Of a stretch of DNA of 64,000 bases, positions 36,701-46,260 are shown piece by piece (position 1 is the stretch's first letter; the number at the start of each line of letters is the position of its first letter). Below the pieces are notes generated by a model. It saw nothing but the letters and a program-made list of their open reading frames with translations, was not told the DNA's origin and did not search any database. The position numbers and the translations under genes were made by a program. Source of the DNA: Coniocarpon cinnabarinum (Eukaryota); contig JAVECO010000017.1 of assembly GCA_051942205.1 (NCBI GenBank), positions 1 to 64,000 of the forward strand. Direction: 5' to 3'.

Positions 36701-39700
36701 CTTCGCTTCCGCTCTGCTGCTGACAGACAAGTAATGATGTCCTTGACAGCGGAAATATATGGACCTCAGGAAGTCCCGAAAAGCATGTTCTATCACCTAA
36801 GCGAAGATCATCTTCAGCTCGGATCGGCAAATCTAGCACGGCTCTGCGATCTTTCAGACAGTCTTGCTCCATGTATGCGCATGAGTGGTCCCATTCTGCC
36901 CATACTTGAGTCCATGATGATATGCATTCAACATCGTTGGCCACTGCTTCTCGTGGGACACGCTCAGAGTGGTAAGATTGAGGCAGTGACATCCATCGGT
37001 CGAGCAGTCGGAGCACAAGTAAAGGCCATTTCCATGAGTACAGATATCGATACCAGTGATCTGATCGGCTGTTTTGATCATGTTGATGTTCATCAAGCGC
37101 TGCATCGTTCGTTGAAGGAGCTGGACCACGCAAGTGCCATGGTCATGCAACGTGATATGAAAAGCTATGGAATGAACGAGGCCGTGGACATTGTAGCACA
37201 GCTTCTGCACTTTGCACGCTCTACACACGTGGTATCGGGTTCCATACTCCAAGCAAAGACACTCATTCATGAGGTGATCAACAGGCTACAGGCCCTCAAT
37301 CGGAGCGACCTAGCTAGTTATCTCAAAGTACTAGGCAAGGTTCAATCTACGTGGGCCCATATCGAGATATTGCATAAAACGAGCGCTGGCCGATTCCGAT
37401 GGCGTGATGGTCCCTTGATCGACGCAATGGAAAAAGGCCACTGGCTAATTCTTGAAAATGCTAATCTAAGCAGTCCTTCTGTGCTAGATCGACTCAATTC
37501 GCTGCTGGAGCCAGAAGGCGTGCTGGTGGTGAGCGAAAATTGTGACACACATGGTGATCCACGCATTGTGAAGCCTCATCCTGACTTCAGAATCTTCTTA
37601 ACCACCGATCCCAGATATGGGGAGATTTCCCGAGCCATGCGCAACCGCACGGTCGAGCTATTTCTGCCTTCGACTGCGGGCCAGCTAAGCCTTCCATTTC
37701 GCGCATTAGAGACCCGTTACTCTCAGATCCTTCAGATCTCTGAGTTGACAGCAATTGAAAACATTGATCCAATGCACCTGCTTGAAAGGTTGGCACCAAA
37801 TGACCTTGAATTACTGCCTCATTTCATGGATTCCTGCAAGCAAGGTCTTCTCTCTCGCTCTTCAGCAGCAAAACTTCACGAAGCATATGAGCTCTGGTCT
37901 CTCGTTGGGGAAGCATGGCTCAACATGCGGACTTCACTATTTGGGCCTTCTTGGCATTTAAAAAAAATAAGTGCTGAAGATCAGCCGTTGCACCCACTCG
38001 TTAATCAGCCTTGCGTCTTAGAAATGAGCAAGGGTGAAGGAGACATCAATCCTATCATCACTTCTGGCAGATTGCTTGATATTCTAACAGATGTCGGAAC
38101 GATTGATAAGTGCTTACTAGATCGTGAAGAGGCGTTGGCACAGCACAAACAAGAGGACCACTTCGTTTTTCAAAATTTCACGTTGGCTCGAGCTATACTT
38201 GGATTCGTCAGCAAGAGTTTACAACTTGCCAGTGAACTCGCGACCGACCACTCATCTTCCTTGCCAAGCGTAGCCAAGGTTGTATGGTTGTCTTGGTCTT
38301 TGGCGCACCTTTCGAATTCGCAAATGGCGAACCGAGATTTGATGCGGGCTCATTTAAGACTTGCACGGCATCAATTGTCGCGAGATCGTGGCCTGAACAC
38401 TGCGATGAGTGACGATGAACTTTCAGCGTTTCTACCGGAGAACGATGCCCTTAAAAATGGCCAAGAAGCATCGATGGAACGTATGTGGACCGTGTTCAGG
38501 GGTCCGCTAATGACAGATGACAAGCAGGTCGAGGTAGTGAAACAGCTTCAGCAGGTTACATACCATGTAGACACTATGATGTCGTCAACGCCTGACCTTC
38601 TTCGAGATATCGCTGACCTTAGACTTTCTATTCGAGATGCAATGAGCTTTGTATACAGTTCAAGGTCCACAGAGGTGAGCCGAATAAAAGAGTCACATGA
38701 GGCGCTTTGCAGCAGCAATGCGAAACACCAAGCGACCAGTCGACCAGCAGCTGTAGTGCATTTTCAGTCCTGTTTTGACCTTATTCGCCGAATGCAGAGC
38801 CTTTCTAGTGACTCTCTTTCCCAAAGCGATAGAAGGAAACATCACGAACGCGAGTTAGTTCAAGTGCTTGCAGGACAACCCCTACAGGACCAAATTGAGC
38901 TGGGATCGTTCGAAGCCACGGGGCCGTTTCAACAATTGTCGCAGTATGCAAGTGCTGTTGGGACCAACCTCGCGGGGCCTGCCGCATTACAAGAATTGCT
39001 GGTCCATAAAATCCCTGCCGTAACTAGCTGCAAACTAAGCGAAGTATCTTTGATGCGAGAGGAGACTCAGATTCTTGGTCGCCTACTTGCGAGGGATATT
39101 CCGAGGATGGCGGGCTTCGCTGGCTCTATGCTTACTGGAAAGCTAAAAGCTGCAATGCTAAAAGTATTGGAAGCGATAGCTCCTTTGTTTGGAAAGTACG
39201 CACTGGACGTTCGGAGCACGCTGAGTCACATGAATATCGGGGCTCCGACAAGGGGGAATGCTCATATGCAAGAAGATTGGCATCTGCCAAACGAGTCAGA
39301 GACACATGTTCTAGATGTCTTTATGAAGTATTTGAAGCCGGTCTTGCAGTCCCTCAAAACTTTACCATCGATCGCTGGGCACGCAAATGTACAAGGAAAA
39401 CCTTTCGTCGATCTCGGAATTGGATGCCTCGAGTTATACATCCCAGTTGAAGCTCATGATCCTGCACTGATATTCAAACTTCAAAATGATTTACAAGAAT
39501 CGCGATCGCAGCATGCTCAAGCCAAGTTGAACTCAGCTCAGGTATTGGAAACATCGCTTACTGGTCAGACAAAGACTTTGCGTACTATGGCTATAGAGCG
39601 TGAGATATATGAGCAAGAGCCGCATGCAAGTTTTCAAGCGCCGATAAGACCAGCCGATAGCAGCATGGAAAACTTACAAGAAGTGCTTCAAGCGGCTAGA

Positions 39701-42700
39701 ATATTACGTCAAAGGCTCAAAGACGTGTACGTCTCTCAACCTCAAAACGCCTTGAGCTTGGAAGGGATGATGAAAGATTGTATGCGGCTATTTAAAATGC
39801 TCATGCAAGTTCAAATCGAGTATCAAGACATTGTAAAGCCTTTGATCGGTTTCGTGCAATGTGTCAAGCTAGGGCTGCAAATTGATCTAGGTTCGCGGAG
39901 CCGCTCAAAACTACAAACAGATCACACACACTCACTGACAGCTACCAATATGACCGCTCTTTTGCACCTTGACATGCAAAACTATGAAGATCATGTCATC
40001 GCGAAGGACTCTGATAGCTTGATAGTGTCACTACATCGACTTGCTTTCTTTAGGCGAATGGCGGCGCATGCGGGTCACAGAATCGGCGATACGATTCTGA
40101 CAGTCGTGGAGCGTCTCTACATGACGTATTCGCGCCTCTTCGATGAAGCCAAGACCAACGCCGCCAAATTTTCAAGTATTTTTGAATACCGTGATAATAG
40201 AGAGATGCAGGAAGCGGCCCAAGAACAAGACTTAAACGACCTTTTCGATGTTGAAGGCGTATCGACTTCGCAAGATACTATTCAAAAGCTTTCAAAAGCT
40301 GTCGCTCAAGCCTGCGAACATATGTTCGAATGTCATGAGGCGCCTTCTGTTGAGCTGGAGCGTCTTGTCACAGAAAACAGACACGCCTACACGAGTGATC
40401 ATATTCGCCTCGGTAGCGAGAACGTCCACGAGCAGACATGGGCCTGGCTCACTCGTCACTTAGATCAGCAGCAGCTAAAGCTCAACAATCCCAGGCATAG
40501 TCAAGAGTCTTACAACGTCTACACGGACACGAATGTCGCCGAAAGCGAAAAGTTCCTTATTATCGTGCAATCAATCAGAACACGCTTGGAGTCGCTAGTA
40601 CGATCCTGGCCAGAGCATGCTGTTCTACACAGCGCTATAAAATATTGCAACGAGATTATAAGCATCCCCGTCAGCGAGCCTGTGGCAAGAAACATCACAA
40701 GAGCAGAGTCACTGTACAACATGATTGACGAATGGAGTCGAGTAGCAAGTAGAGAGTATAGCGTTGTTGCAGAACAACAAGCATTAAGGGGCCTGATCGT
40801 GGATTGGCGAAAATTGGAGCTTTCAACTTGGGCTCGACTTATGGATATGCAAGCAGTTCGTGCCAGAGAAGAAGCTTATTCCTGGTGGTTTGTCGCCTAC
40901 GAAAGCACGATTGTCTCGATGCGAGCGTTCAGTGCCGATTCACAAGAAGGTGATGCACACATCGTCCAAATATTGTCAACTCTGGAGACTCTGCTTCGAA
41001 ACGCTACAATCGGCCAGTTTGAGACTCGACTCTCCATCTTGAAGACCATCCATCGACTGATTAACCTCGATCATACCAAAGGCCTCGTTTACACAAAGCT
41101 TGCGACCGGCCTAGAGAATCTTGGAAACCACTTCAGTCGTTATCGACTAGCAATACGAGATGCAGAGACAGAGCTTCGCAGTTCTGTTGGAAAGCAAGTC
41201 ACGGATGTGATCAAATTGGCGAGCTGGAAAGATACAAATGTCCATGCCTTGAGACAAAGCTCGAAAGCATCGCACAACAAGCTCGTGCGCCTCATTCACA
41301 AATTCCGCGATGGACTTGCTCAACCTTGTACGCCATGCTTCACTGTTACAGATTCGAGGCTCCAGCTCTCTCTTGGACAGCAACAAGTTCGGTCACAAGT
41401 GCTGGGATTCGATTCGCAACTTTTGCCAGCCCTTCCCGCCATATTCTCAGCGTGGCCTTCGTACTACCAGAGTCCGGGACATACAGCTCGAACTATCCGT
41501 GTGATGCGCTCAAGTTGGGAAGCTTTAAGCACAGACGCTGCGCAGAGGTTAAGGATCCTAGTCGACGAGGTCTGCTCATCCGCGAAGGAGTTAAGGCAAA
41601 GCACACCTTCAGTAGCGACTGAGGAGAATGTAGCGACTGTGCGTCATCTCAATACCAGGAAGCAAAGACTGCTTGCAGACACGCTTCGAAACGGAAAAGA
41701 TGCTGGCCTGAAAACTATCCAGAGCGTTGCAGTCTTGCATTCCCAAAAATCGGCAGCTGACATCTTCGCCCATATCAATTTAGCCGATTACGAATGGCTC
41801 GATGAAGCCTCTCAGGCTCTTCACTGCTCTATTGACAGAATGACTCATGCAAGACAAGGAGTAATTCGACACAGTGATGATCTGAACCGCCATGATGTCT
41901 CCCGCGGAATGGGACAACTCGAGTCTCTCCTCCACTTGTGCCTACAGCAGCGTGCCCAGATGAACATCTACCACAGCCATCTCGAACGGTTCGAATCAAC
42001 AAGAAGCAAACTTATGCGAGCTTTCAATGCCCGACTTCAATGTCGAACTGCTAGTGAACTTAACCCACATGAGACTGACTTGTGTTACTGTATTACGAAC
42101 TGGCTGCCTGTCGTCATTCAAGTTGGTCTCCATCTGATAGAGTCCCAGGCACGATTGGGCGATCTTGATCTTTCTCCGGTGGCAACATACTTGACAAATC
42201 AGCTCTCTTGCTTCAAATCATTACAGGAGAACTTTACAGACCGAGCTCCTCTGCCTGTCAACTTAACATCTGAAGTGCACGATCAGCTTCATCAAGAGGT
42301 GGTCGAGAACTATCGTTCTTTCCGTAAATTTCTGCAAGATCTTCTCAACTCGTGCCCTGTCGCACGACCGACAATCGCCCAACTACTAACCTGGACTGAG
42401 ATCGACCAGAGCATGATGCATGCGTATGATAGTAGACAAATTACACGGGCGCAAGATTCTGCAATAGGACAAGCTATCACTCAAACACTTGATCAGGTGC
42501 TGGCTTCAGTACAAGATAATGACGGGTTGTGCAAGACGGCAAAGCAGAAAAGTGGAGATGAGAGTTGGCTGATGAAAGCTAACACTTTGATCTTCGATAA
42601 CCTCAAAGCTAGCCGAATAGAAGCTATCAACGTATCCCTTGACAACATCGAAGCTTCGTTACAGACATGTGATCCAAAGAAAGGGCCCGGCCTCGTCGAT

Positions 42701-45493
42701 GCGCTGTCAGCCATTGGATATACACTTCCAATTCTAAGTCAATATGAAGAGAACTTACGCCTACACTGCCATCATCTGCGCGGCCTTCATCAGGCAAGCA
42801 CTACATCACTTTTTGATCTATGTTCTCTTTTCAACCAAGTCGTTGAGAACGGGTTTTGCAAGCCTGCAGAAAAGACAGAGGCTCCTGGCAAGACGTCTAC
42901 GAAACTCGAAGAAGGAACAGGCTTGGGAGATGGCGAAGTTGCTGAAGATATCAGCAAGGATATTCAATCTGATGAGGATATGTCAGAACTCGCCGCCGAG
43001 AAACAACAGAGTGGGAACGAAAACTTGCAGGACGCAGAAGATGCTCTGAATGCAGATGAATCCATGGATGGTCAGCAAGCTGATCACGACCCGCAAGAAG
43101 CCGAAGATGGTGATGAAGCAGGAGAACGAGATGCTACAGGTCAGGCCGAGAGAGAAAATGCTGAGGGCTTGCACGAGAGTGGCGATAGTGGCAAAGCCGC
43201 TGACGCAGAACAAGGTGGAGATGAGGGCATTGACGATGGTCTCGGCAATGTCGATGATATGGAGCGATCTGCCGTTGACGAAAAGTTCTGGGAGCAAGCC
43301 AATGAGGAACAGAACGAGGATGGCGCTGCTCAGAACTCCATAGATGGTGCTCGCAGACAAGAGCAAGCAGCAGGTAAAGACAAAAACGATTCAAATGAGC
43401 AGAAAGGTCACGAAGACGACGAACCGGATGAAGCGGGCAAGCAAGAAAATAGCACTGACCCTGACGAAAACTCAGAAAACAGCGAGGCTCCAGCCGAGAT
43501 GCACGATAACGATATGGATCCCCACATGGACAAGGGTGACGTACTCGACTTACCAGACGAACTGAGTCTTGGTCACAACATGGCTGATAAAGAGGAGCTG
43601 AGTGATCTGGCATCGGACGAGGAGATGGATGACGGAGCCGAGCAAGGTGAAGTCGATCTGCAGCAGTATGAAAACAATGACGATGCACTCGAAGATGAAG
43701 GGGAAAATGGAAGCGATAACGACAAGGCTGACGATGCAGCAATGGAAGATGAGCCCAATGTACCGGATGAGAGCGCAGGAGGCGGTATCGAAAACGCTGA
43801 TGATATCACTGCTCAGCCTTTTGCGGATGGACTTGTTGCAGATGACTCTGTAGGTACTGCACAGGGCCCTGACCAATCTGAACGGCAAGGTAAAGGCCGT
43901 GGCCAGGATGATCCTGAAGCTTCTGGAGATGAGAAAGTGCCAGACGAACAGACTGAACGAGGTGATGCACCAAGCAATGCAAACGCAAGGCAGAGCGGGA
44001 GCTCCTCACAAGCTGAAGCAGCAGAGACAACGCAAGGAATGAGTCCTGAAAGCATTGCTAGTCGAGAGACTATCCGCAAACTAGGCGACGCCCTCAAGCC
44101 GTTTCAGCGAGCGCGGCGTCCCATTCGCGAACAGGCTAGCAATCGTGAAGACAATGCCCTTCAGCAAGACATTGACATGGCAAACACTGAGATTGAGCAC
44201 CTCCCGAATGAACAGTCGATCGCAGACATTCAAGCGCTTGGTGCTGCCACGAAAGAGCAAGCGCATCCACTCGATTCTGCTGATGCAGAGGACCAAGTTC
44301 AGGCGAGCGAGCAGGAGAACGGTAGCGCTTTTCCTCAACAAACAAAGTCCGAGCAAGTGGATCTGGAACCTGATGAAGGAGTAGAGAATGCGCAGGTGAA
44401 CGATTCAATGAATGCAAACACAGGTCGCCACGGCACGGTCATTGGCCAGTCAAACTCTCCGTCTGATCATGAGCAGCAACCGATGGACACTTCCGAAGAT
44501 GCTCAGGAGCGCCTTGAAACCGTTTCCCAAGACTTCGAAGACATGCAAATCGACCAGGCCGCTCCATCTGCGCCTCAGACTTTCTCCTCAGCCACAACCT
44601 GGCAGCAACACGAAGCTAGCACTCACACTCTTGCACTCAGCCTCACTGAACAGCTCCGTCTCATCCTAGCACCAACACAAGCGACAAAACTCCGCGGTGA
44701 CTTCCGCTCTGGCAAGCGCCTCAACATGAAGCGCATCATACCGTACATTGCCTCATCGTACAAGCGCGACAAGATCTGGATGCGCCGCTCGGTGCCCTCG
44801 AAGCGCTCTTATCAGATTCAGCTCGCCATCGATGACTCCAAGTCCATGGGCGAGAAACGTTCCGCAGAGCTGGCATTTAGCACTCTTGCCCTAGTCGCGG
44901 GATCGCTGCGTATGCTTGAAGCGGGCGAGATTGGTGTCGTAGGATTTGGAGAGGATGTCTTCGTCGCGCATGAGCTCGGCGTGCCCTTCTTGTCTGGAAG
45001 CGGCGAAGCCGTCATGCAGAATTTCTCCTTTGCACAGGGCCAGACTGATGTCCGGAAGATGGTGGAGAAGTCGATTGATCTCTTCCGCGACGCACGGCTG
45101 AAAGCACACGGGTCGGCGTCCGACCTTTGGCAGTTACAGTTCATCATCTCAGACGGGTACTTCAGTGATCATCGCGAGGTGCGACGTCTACTGATGCAGG
45201 CGTATGAAGAACGTATCATGTTTGTCTTCCTGGTGCTGGATTCTATGGACGAGAGTGGCGATGCCAAGGGGAAGGGCAAAAAGGCTCAGAGTATTCTGGA
45301 TCTTATGGAGATGGAGATTGTGCAGGAACCGCCGGAGGAGGAGGGAGAGCAACCCCAGCGGAGGGTGGTGAAGCGGAGGTACATTGATACGTTTCCGTTC
45401 AAGTACTTCTTGTTGGTGAGAGATGTGAAGGACTTGCCAAATGTGTTGGGGACGGCGTTGAGGCAGTGGTTTGCAGAGGTCGTGGAGTCATGA
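30743..45493 (+). CDS. MDN1: Midasin/Rea1 AAA+ ATPase for pre-60S maturation (4916 aa)
   Basis: Six AAA modules (GPAGCGKS, GETGIGKT, GPTSAGKT, GETGTGKT, GAPGVGKT, GHAQSGKI; Walker B LLDEIN, VLDELN, LLDEIS, LLDEMN), long linker, D/E-rich region, C-terminal MIDAS (GDFRSGKRLNMKRIIPYIAS, IDDSKSM, IISDG). Confidence 0.98.
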   Translation: MDYAADMTHTSDAANHLSLELRNHLTSLDNDETLDCLAKLAAQPNWTIKILCSFQNLFAELCARWTRLLDAPTALAACGRVIGAVPWLSAHIERILTAACAGRNILGEICESQNELTDGTSTGTGVILDSLVASYRLLAADYSMFETLVTPAVFARLTAHRDHRVRYLSMLLLTMYLHLSDASSEALLRKSTGGESCSGDVDGHCIDLRFLALFERRRLDIWKKDIEASRYVELQANDPIIARILAEKNTYSSTVELFGTIWPSETIPSQDKPQANLLCETPTTIENGAALIEAMRSSAPILISGPAGCGKSLLLNFVAAKSRPNMDLVTLHVNAQTDAKSLIGMHVTGDIPGTFKWQPGVLAKAMQEGSWILVEDLDHAPKEVMGVFTSILKRRELRMPGGNNILKASPSFRFFATCQTSTVARNFTKETGPNVHGMHYFRKVKFAPLPEEELSHILLQRYDKLSQMREDILHVYTNLKQAEVHLGVSGPRFRPLSPRALFKWCERITLRRREVAARKDVVSTSETTFDHIFLDALDCFAGNVGNDSQQKSRYAQEIARALQIDSARRDYVRTLRVPEFRKNVRRSSDFIVGRCRLGVDANTRVLSGSFPSASFSLNRHTRRTMEQVGCAVQNREPLLLVGETGIGKTSSVQYLASVMGKPLTVLNLSQQSETGDMIGSFKPVTVRSVVMPLKEEFDALFSQTFSGGKNLAYSEKLGRLIAKAKWKEAVRFWKHALQAFQKGDTKSLDKISAQPGADGRGPNKRRKIDDTSAWNQFAEKVHALEQRLAADNDGFAFSFVEGELVKAVRSGGWVLLDEINLASSDTLECLSELLEVSIESEPSIQFNEVASGERVAVHPHFRLFAAMNPSTDFGKKELAPGIRSRFTEIFVESPERDVESLEDIVSTYLFQATPSINESRMSKAVAELFLQIQYEVRDGKLVDGAGSPAHYSLRSLTRALAHAKTLTVSCGLRRSLYEGFCMCFVTILDQNSDAHLQQLLRNVLFNGSQNARKELSKALHLSDPNREFMQVETFVAHPQSQSKTTSDVKITHSLPKGPNAPQSVDEYVVTPLVARNLSNLARTLSAGSYPVLIQGPTSAGKTSMIEYLAKVSGNRLIRINNHEHTDLQEYLGTYVSTRNGQLVFQDGLLVRALKKGYWVVLDELNLAPTDVLEALNRLLDENRELFIPETQERVRPHPNFMLFATQNPAGAYGGRKQLSTAFRNRFLELHHADIPVDELETILSSRSQLPKSWSRQIVKVYSTLSRQRQQTRLFEQGGFATLRDLFRWALRGATSLQELAESGFMLLAEKTRTLEERAFVKGVIEQDMSRRGVEIKINERSLYERIAKEGTHKTQSDVIWTKGMQRLYSLVHTAVKHSEPVLLVGETGTGKTRVCQLLAESAGRLLSTVNAHQNLETSDFVGAQRPNRSRETTANELQRNLKQAFKYAGVTFNQGSALHQYKQLDNQQRREVPSVLRESIETKLSSMNMLFEWHDGCLVQAMKAGNYFLLDEISLADDSVLERLNSVLDPSRTILLAEKGTSDASITAAPGFQFVATMNPAGDYGKRELSAALRNRFTEIWVPPMNDLDDACQIVREKLCDAAKSFADKLVQFSAWFNESYRSSKMGIVTLRDLLTWVDFINIIPHDGFARIYHGAHLVFLDTLGANPSGGVTTDQDIYHERNRCSECLCSIFHLNEADYEVNDISFTDNAEYLELGGFRLNKTGSALVSDSFNFVARSTRLNAMRVLRSLQLEKPLLLEGAPGVGKTSLVCAIASKSGRDLVRLNLSEQTDLSDLFGSDVPVESGEIGTFSWRDAPFLTAMKRGEWVLLDEMNLASQSVLEGLNACIDHRREVFIPELGMTFPRHPQFRIFATQNPHLQGSGRKGLPASFVNRFNVIFFEAFDKQDLNSMARFSFPPANPDAVKQTVDLVSDLAQRCGGTSGFGALGRPWEFNLRDISRILRLRVLAATGELSLSTRDIANMFVGLRFRSAADRQVMMSLTAEIYGPQEVPKSMFYHLSEDHLQLGSANLARLCDLSDSLAPCMRMSGPILPILESMMICIQHRWPLLLVGHAQSGKIEAVTSIGRAVGAQVKAISMSTDIDTSDLIGCFDHVDVHQALHRSLKELDHASAMVMQRDMKSYGMNEAVDIVAQLLHFARSTHVVSGSILQAKTLIHEVINRLQALNRSDLASYLKVLGKVQSTWAHIEILHKTSAGRFRWRDGPLIDAMEKGHWLILENANLSSPSVLDRLNSLLEPEGVLVVSENCDTHGDPRIVKPHPDFRIFLTTDPRYGEISRAMRNRTVELFLPSTAGQLSLPFRALETRYSQILQISELTAIENIDPMHLLERLAPNDLELLPHFMDSCKQGLLSRSSAAKLHEAYELWSLVGEAWLNMRTSLFGPSWHLKKISAEDQPLHPLVNQPCVLEMSKGEGDINPIITSGRLLDILTDVGTIDKCLLDREEALAQHKQEDHFVFQNFTLARAILGFVSKSLQLASELATDHSSSLPSVAKVVWLSWSLAHLSNSQMANRDLMRAHLRLARHQLSRDRGLNTAMSDDELSAFLPENDALKNGQEASMERMWTVFRGPLMTDDKQVEVVKQLQQVTYHVDTMMSSTPDLLRDIADLRLSIRDAMSFVYSSRSTEVSRIKESHEALCSSNAKHQATSRPAAVVHFQSCFDLIRRMQSLSSDSLSQSDRRKHHERELVQVLAGQPLQDQIELGSFEATGPFQQLSQYASAVGTNLAGPAALQELLVHKIPAVTSCKLSEVSLMREETQILGRLLARDIPRMAGFAGSMLTGKLKAAMLKVLEAIAPLFGKYALDVRSTLSHMNIGAPTRGNAHMQEDWHLPNESETHVLDVFMKYLKPVLQSLKTLPSIAGHANVQGKPFVDLGIGCLELYIPVEAHDPALIFKLQNDLQESRSQHAQAKLNSAQVLETSLTGQTKTLRTMAIEREIYEQEPHASFQAPIRPADSSMENLQEVLQAARILRQRLKDVYVSQPQNALSLEGMMKDCMRLFKMLMQVQIEYQDIVKPLIGFVQCVKLGLQIDLGSRSRSKLQTDHTHSLTATNMTALLHLDMQNYEDHVIAKDSDSLIVSLHRLAFFRRMAAHAGHRIGDTILTVVERLYMTYSRLFDEAKTNAAKFSSIFEYRDNREMQEAAQEQDLNDLFDVEGVSTSQDTIQKLSKAVAQACEHMFECHEAPSVELERLVTENRHAYTSDHIRLGSENVHEQTWAWLTRHLDQQQLKLNNPRHSQESYNVYTDTNVAESEKFLIIVQSIRTRLESLVRSWPEHAVLHSAIKYCNEIISIPVSEPVARNITRAESLYNMIDEWSRVASREYSVVAEQQALRGLIVDWRKLELSTWARLMDMQAVRAREEAYSWWFVAYESTIVSMRAFSADSQEGDAHIVQILSTLETLLRNATIGQFETRLSILKTIHRLINLDHTKGLVYTKLATGLENLGNHFSRYRLAIRDAETELRSSVGKQVTDVIKLASWKDTNVHALRQSSKASHNKLVRLIHKFRDGLAQPCTPCFTVTDSRLQLSLGQQQVRSQVLGFDSQLLPALPAIFSAWPSYYQSPGHTARTIRVMRSSWEALSTDAAQRLRILVDEVCSSAKELRQSTPSVATEENVATVRHLNTRKQRLLADTLRNGKDAGLKTIQSVAVLHSQKSAADIFAHINLADYEWLDEASQALHCSIDRMTHARQGVIRHSDDLNRHDVSRGMGQLESLLHLCLQQRAQMNIYHSHLERFESTRSKLMRAFNARLQCRTASELNPHETDLCYCITNWLPVVIQVGLHLIESQARLGDLDLSPVATYLTNQLSCFKSLQENFTDRAPLPVNLTSEVHDQLHQEVVENYRSFRKFLQDLLNSCPVARPTIAQLLTWTEIDQSMMHAYDSRQITRAQDSAIGQAITQTLDQVLASVQDNDGLCKTAKQKSGDESWLMKANTLIFDNLKASRIEAINVSLDNIEASLQTCDPKKGPGLVDALSAIGYTLPILSQYEENLRLHCHHLRGLHQASTTSLFDLCSLFNQVVENGFCKPAEKTEAPGKTSTKLEEGTGLGDGEVAEDISKDIQSDEDMSELAAEKQQSGNENLQDAEDALNADESMDGQQADHDPQEAEDGDEAGERDATGQAERENAEGLHESGDSGKAADAEQGGDEGIDDGLGNVDDMERSAVDEKFWEQANEEQNEDGAAQNSIDGARRQEQAAGKDKNDSNEQKGHEDDEPDEAGKQENSTDPDENSENSEAPAEMHDNDMDPHMDKGDVLDLPDELSLGHNMADKEELSDLASDEEMDDGAEQGEVDLQQYENNDDALEDEGENGSDNDKADDAAMEDEPNVPDESAGGGIENADDITAQPFADGLVADDSVGTAQGPDQSERQGKGRGQDDPEASGDEKVPDEQTERGDAPSNANARQSGSSSQAEAAETTQGMSPESIASRETIRKLGDALKPFQRARRPIREQASNREDNALQQDIDMANTEIEHLPNEQSIADIQALGAATKEQAHPLDSADAEDQVQASEQENGSAFPQQTKSEQVDLEPDEGVENAQVNDSMNANTGRHGTVIGQSNSPSDHEQQPMDTSEDAQERLETVSQDFEDMQIDQAAPSAPQTFSSATTWQQHEASTHTLALSLTEQLRLILAPTQATKLRGDFRSGKRLNMKRIIPYIASSYKRDKIWMRRSVPSKRSYQIQLAIDDSKSMGEKRSAELAFSTLALVAGSLRMLEAGEIGVVGFGEDVFVAHELGVPFLSGSGEAVMQNFSFAQGQTDVRKMVEKSIDLFRDARLKAHGSASDLWQLQFIISDGYFSDHREVRRLLMQAYEERIMFVFLVLDSMDESGDAKGKGKKAQSILDLMEMEIVQEPPEEEGEQPQRRVVKRRYIDTFPFKYFLLVRDVKDLPNVLGTALRQWFAEVVES

Positions 45494-46260
45494 GCAGATT
45501 CTAGGGGATACTTCGGCCTTGTGAGAATGGCGTATGGCGTTTTAGGCGGTTTCCAGTCAACGACTGTTGTATAGTATGGTTAAAGGGATTGTACAGCAGG
45601 AGTCGTGACCCAAAATCCATCGCAAAAGAAATTCAACGTCCAAGGTCTTCAATCCAAGTTCAGGCGATTATTAGACCTGTAATGTTGGCTCTGTGTCTGC
45701 AAGCTGGCGTTCAAACAGTTTCTGCTCAATTATTTGATATGCTCTTGTGACAATGAAACACCTTTACGCTTTGCATGGATGATGGAGAGTATTGTTCATT
45801 ACCTCCTTCAAAGCCAAGCAGTCAGACAGCAGAACAAGCTCATCTGTCCACCTCTAATTGAGGTATTTCTGTGGCCTGCAACGCGGTTTAGGCCGGATTT
45901 CAAGAACGCTTCTCGCTGCGATGACGCCAGAATATTAAGAATCAACATAGCTCTTTCTTTCTGCCTATCTCAAGATCACATACAGAAGATAAACTGCGAT
46001 GTATCAGGATCCAAAAGTTTTGCCGCGCTTTGTTCGCTCGTTGCGCGAAGATAGCGCTTAAGTGAGCCCACAAGATGCCAACCGGCGAGCCTTTGCTCTA
46101 GAACCGGGCGCGTTTTTGGAAGTGCACATGCCTCTATGAGCCTGTAGTGTGGTACGACATGGCAAAAGTGCTGACCTTGATGTTCCCCCGCAACGCTATG
46201 CCAAGCAATATCACACTCATGATCTGTACAGACAATTATACAAGAGGCTGACAAGCAACC

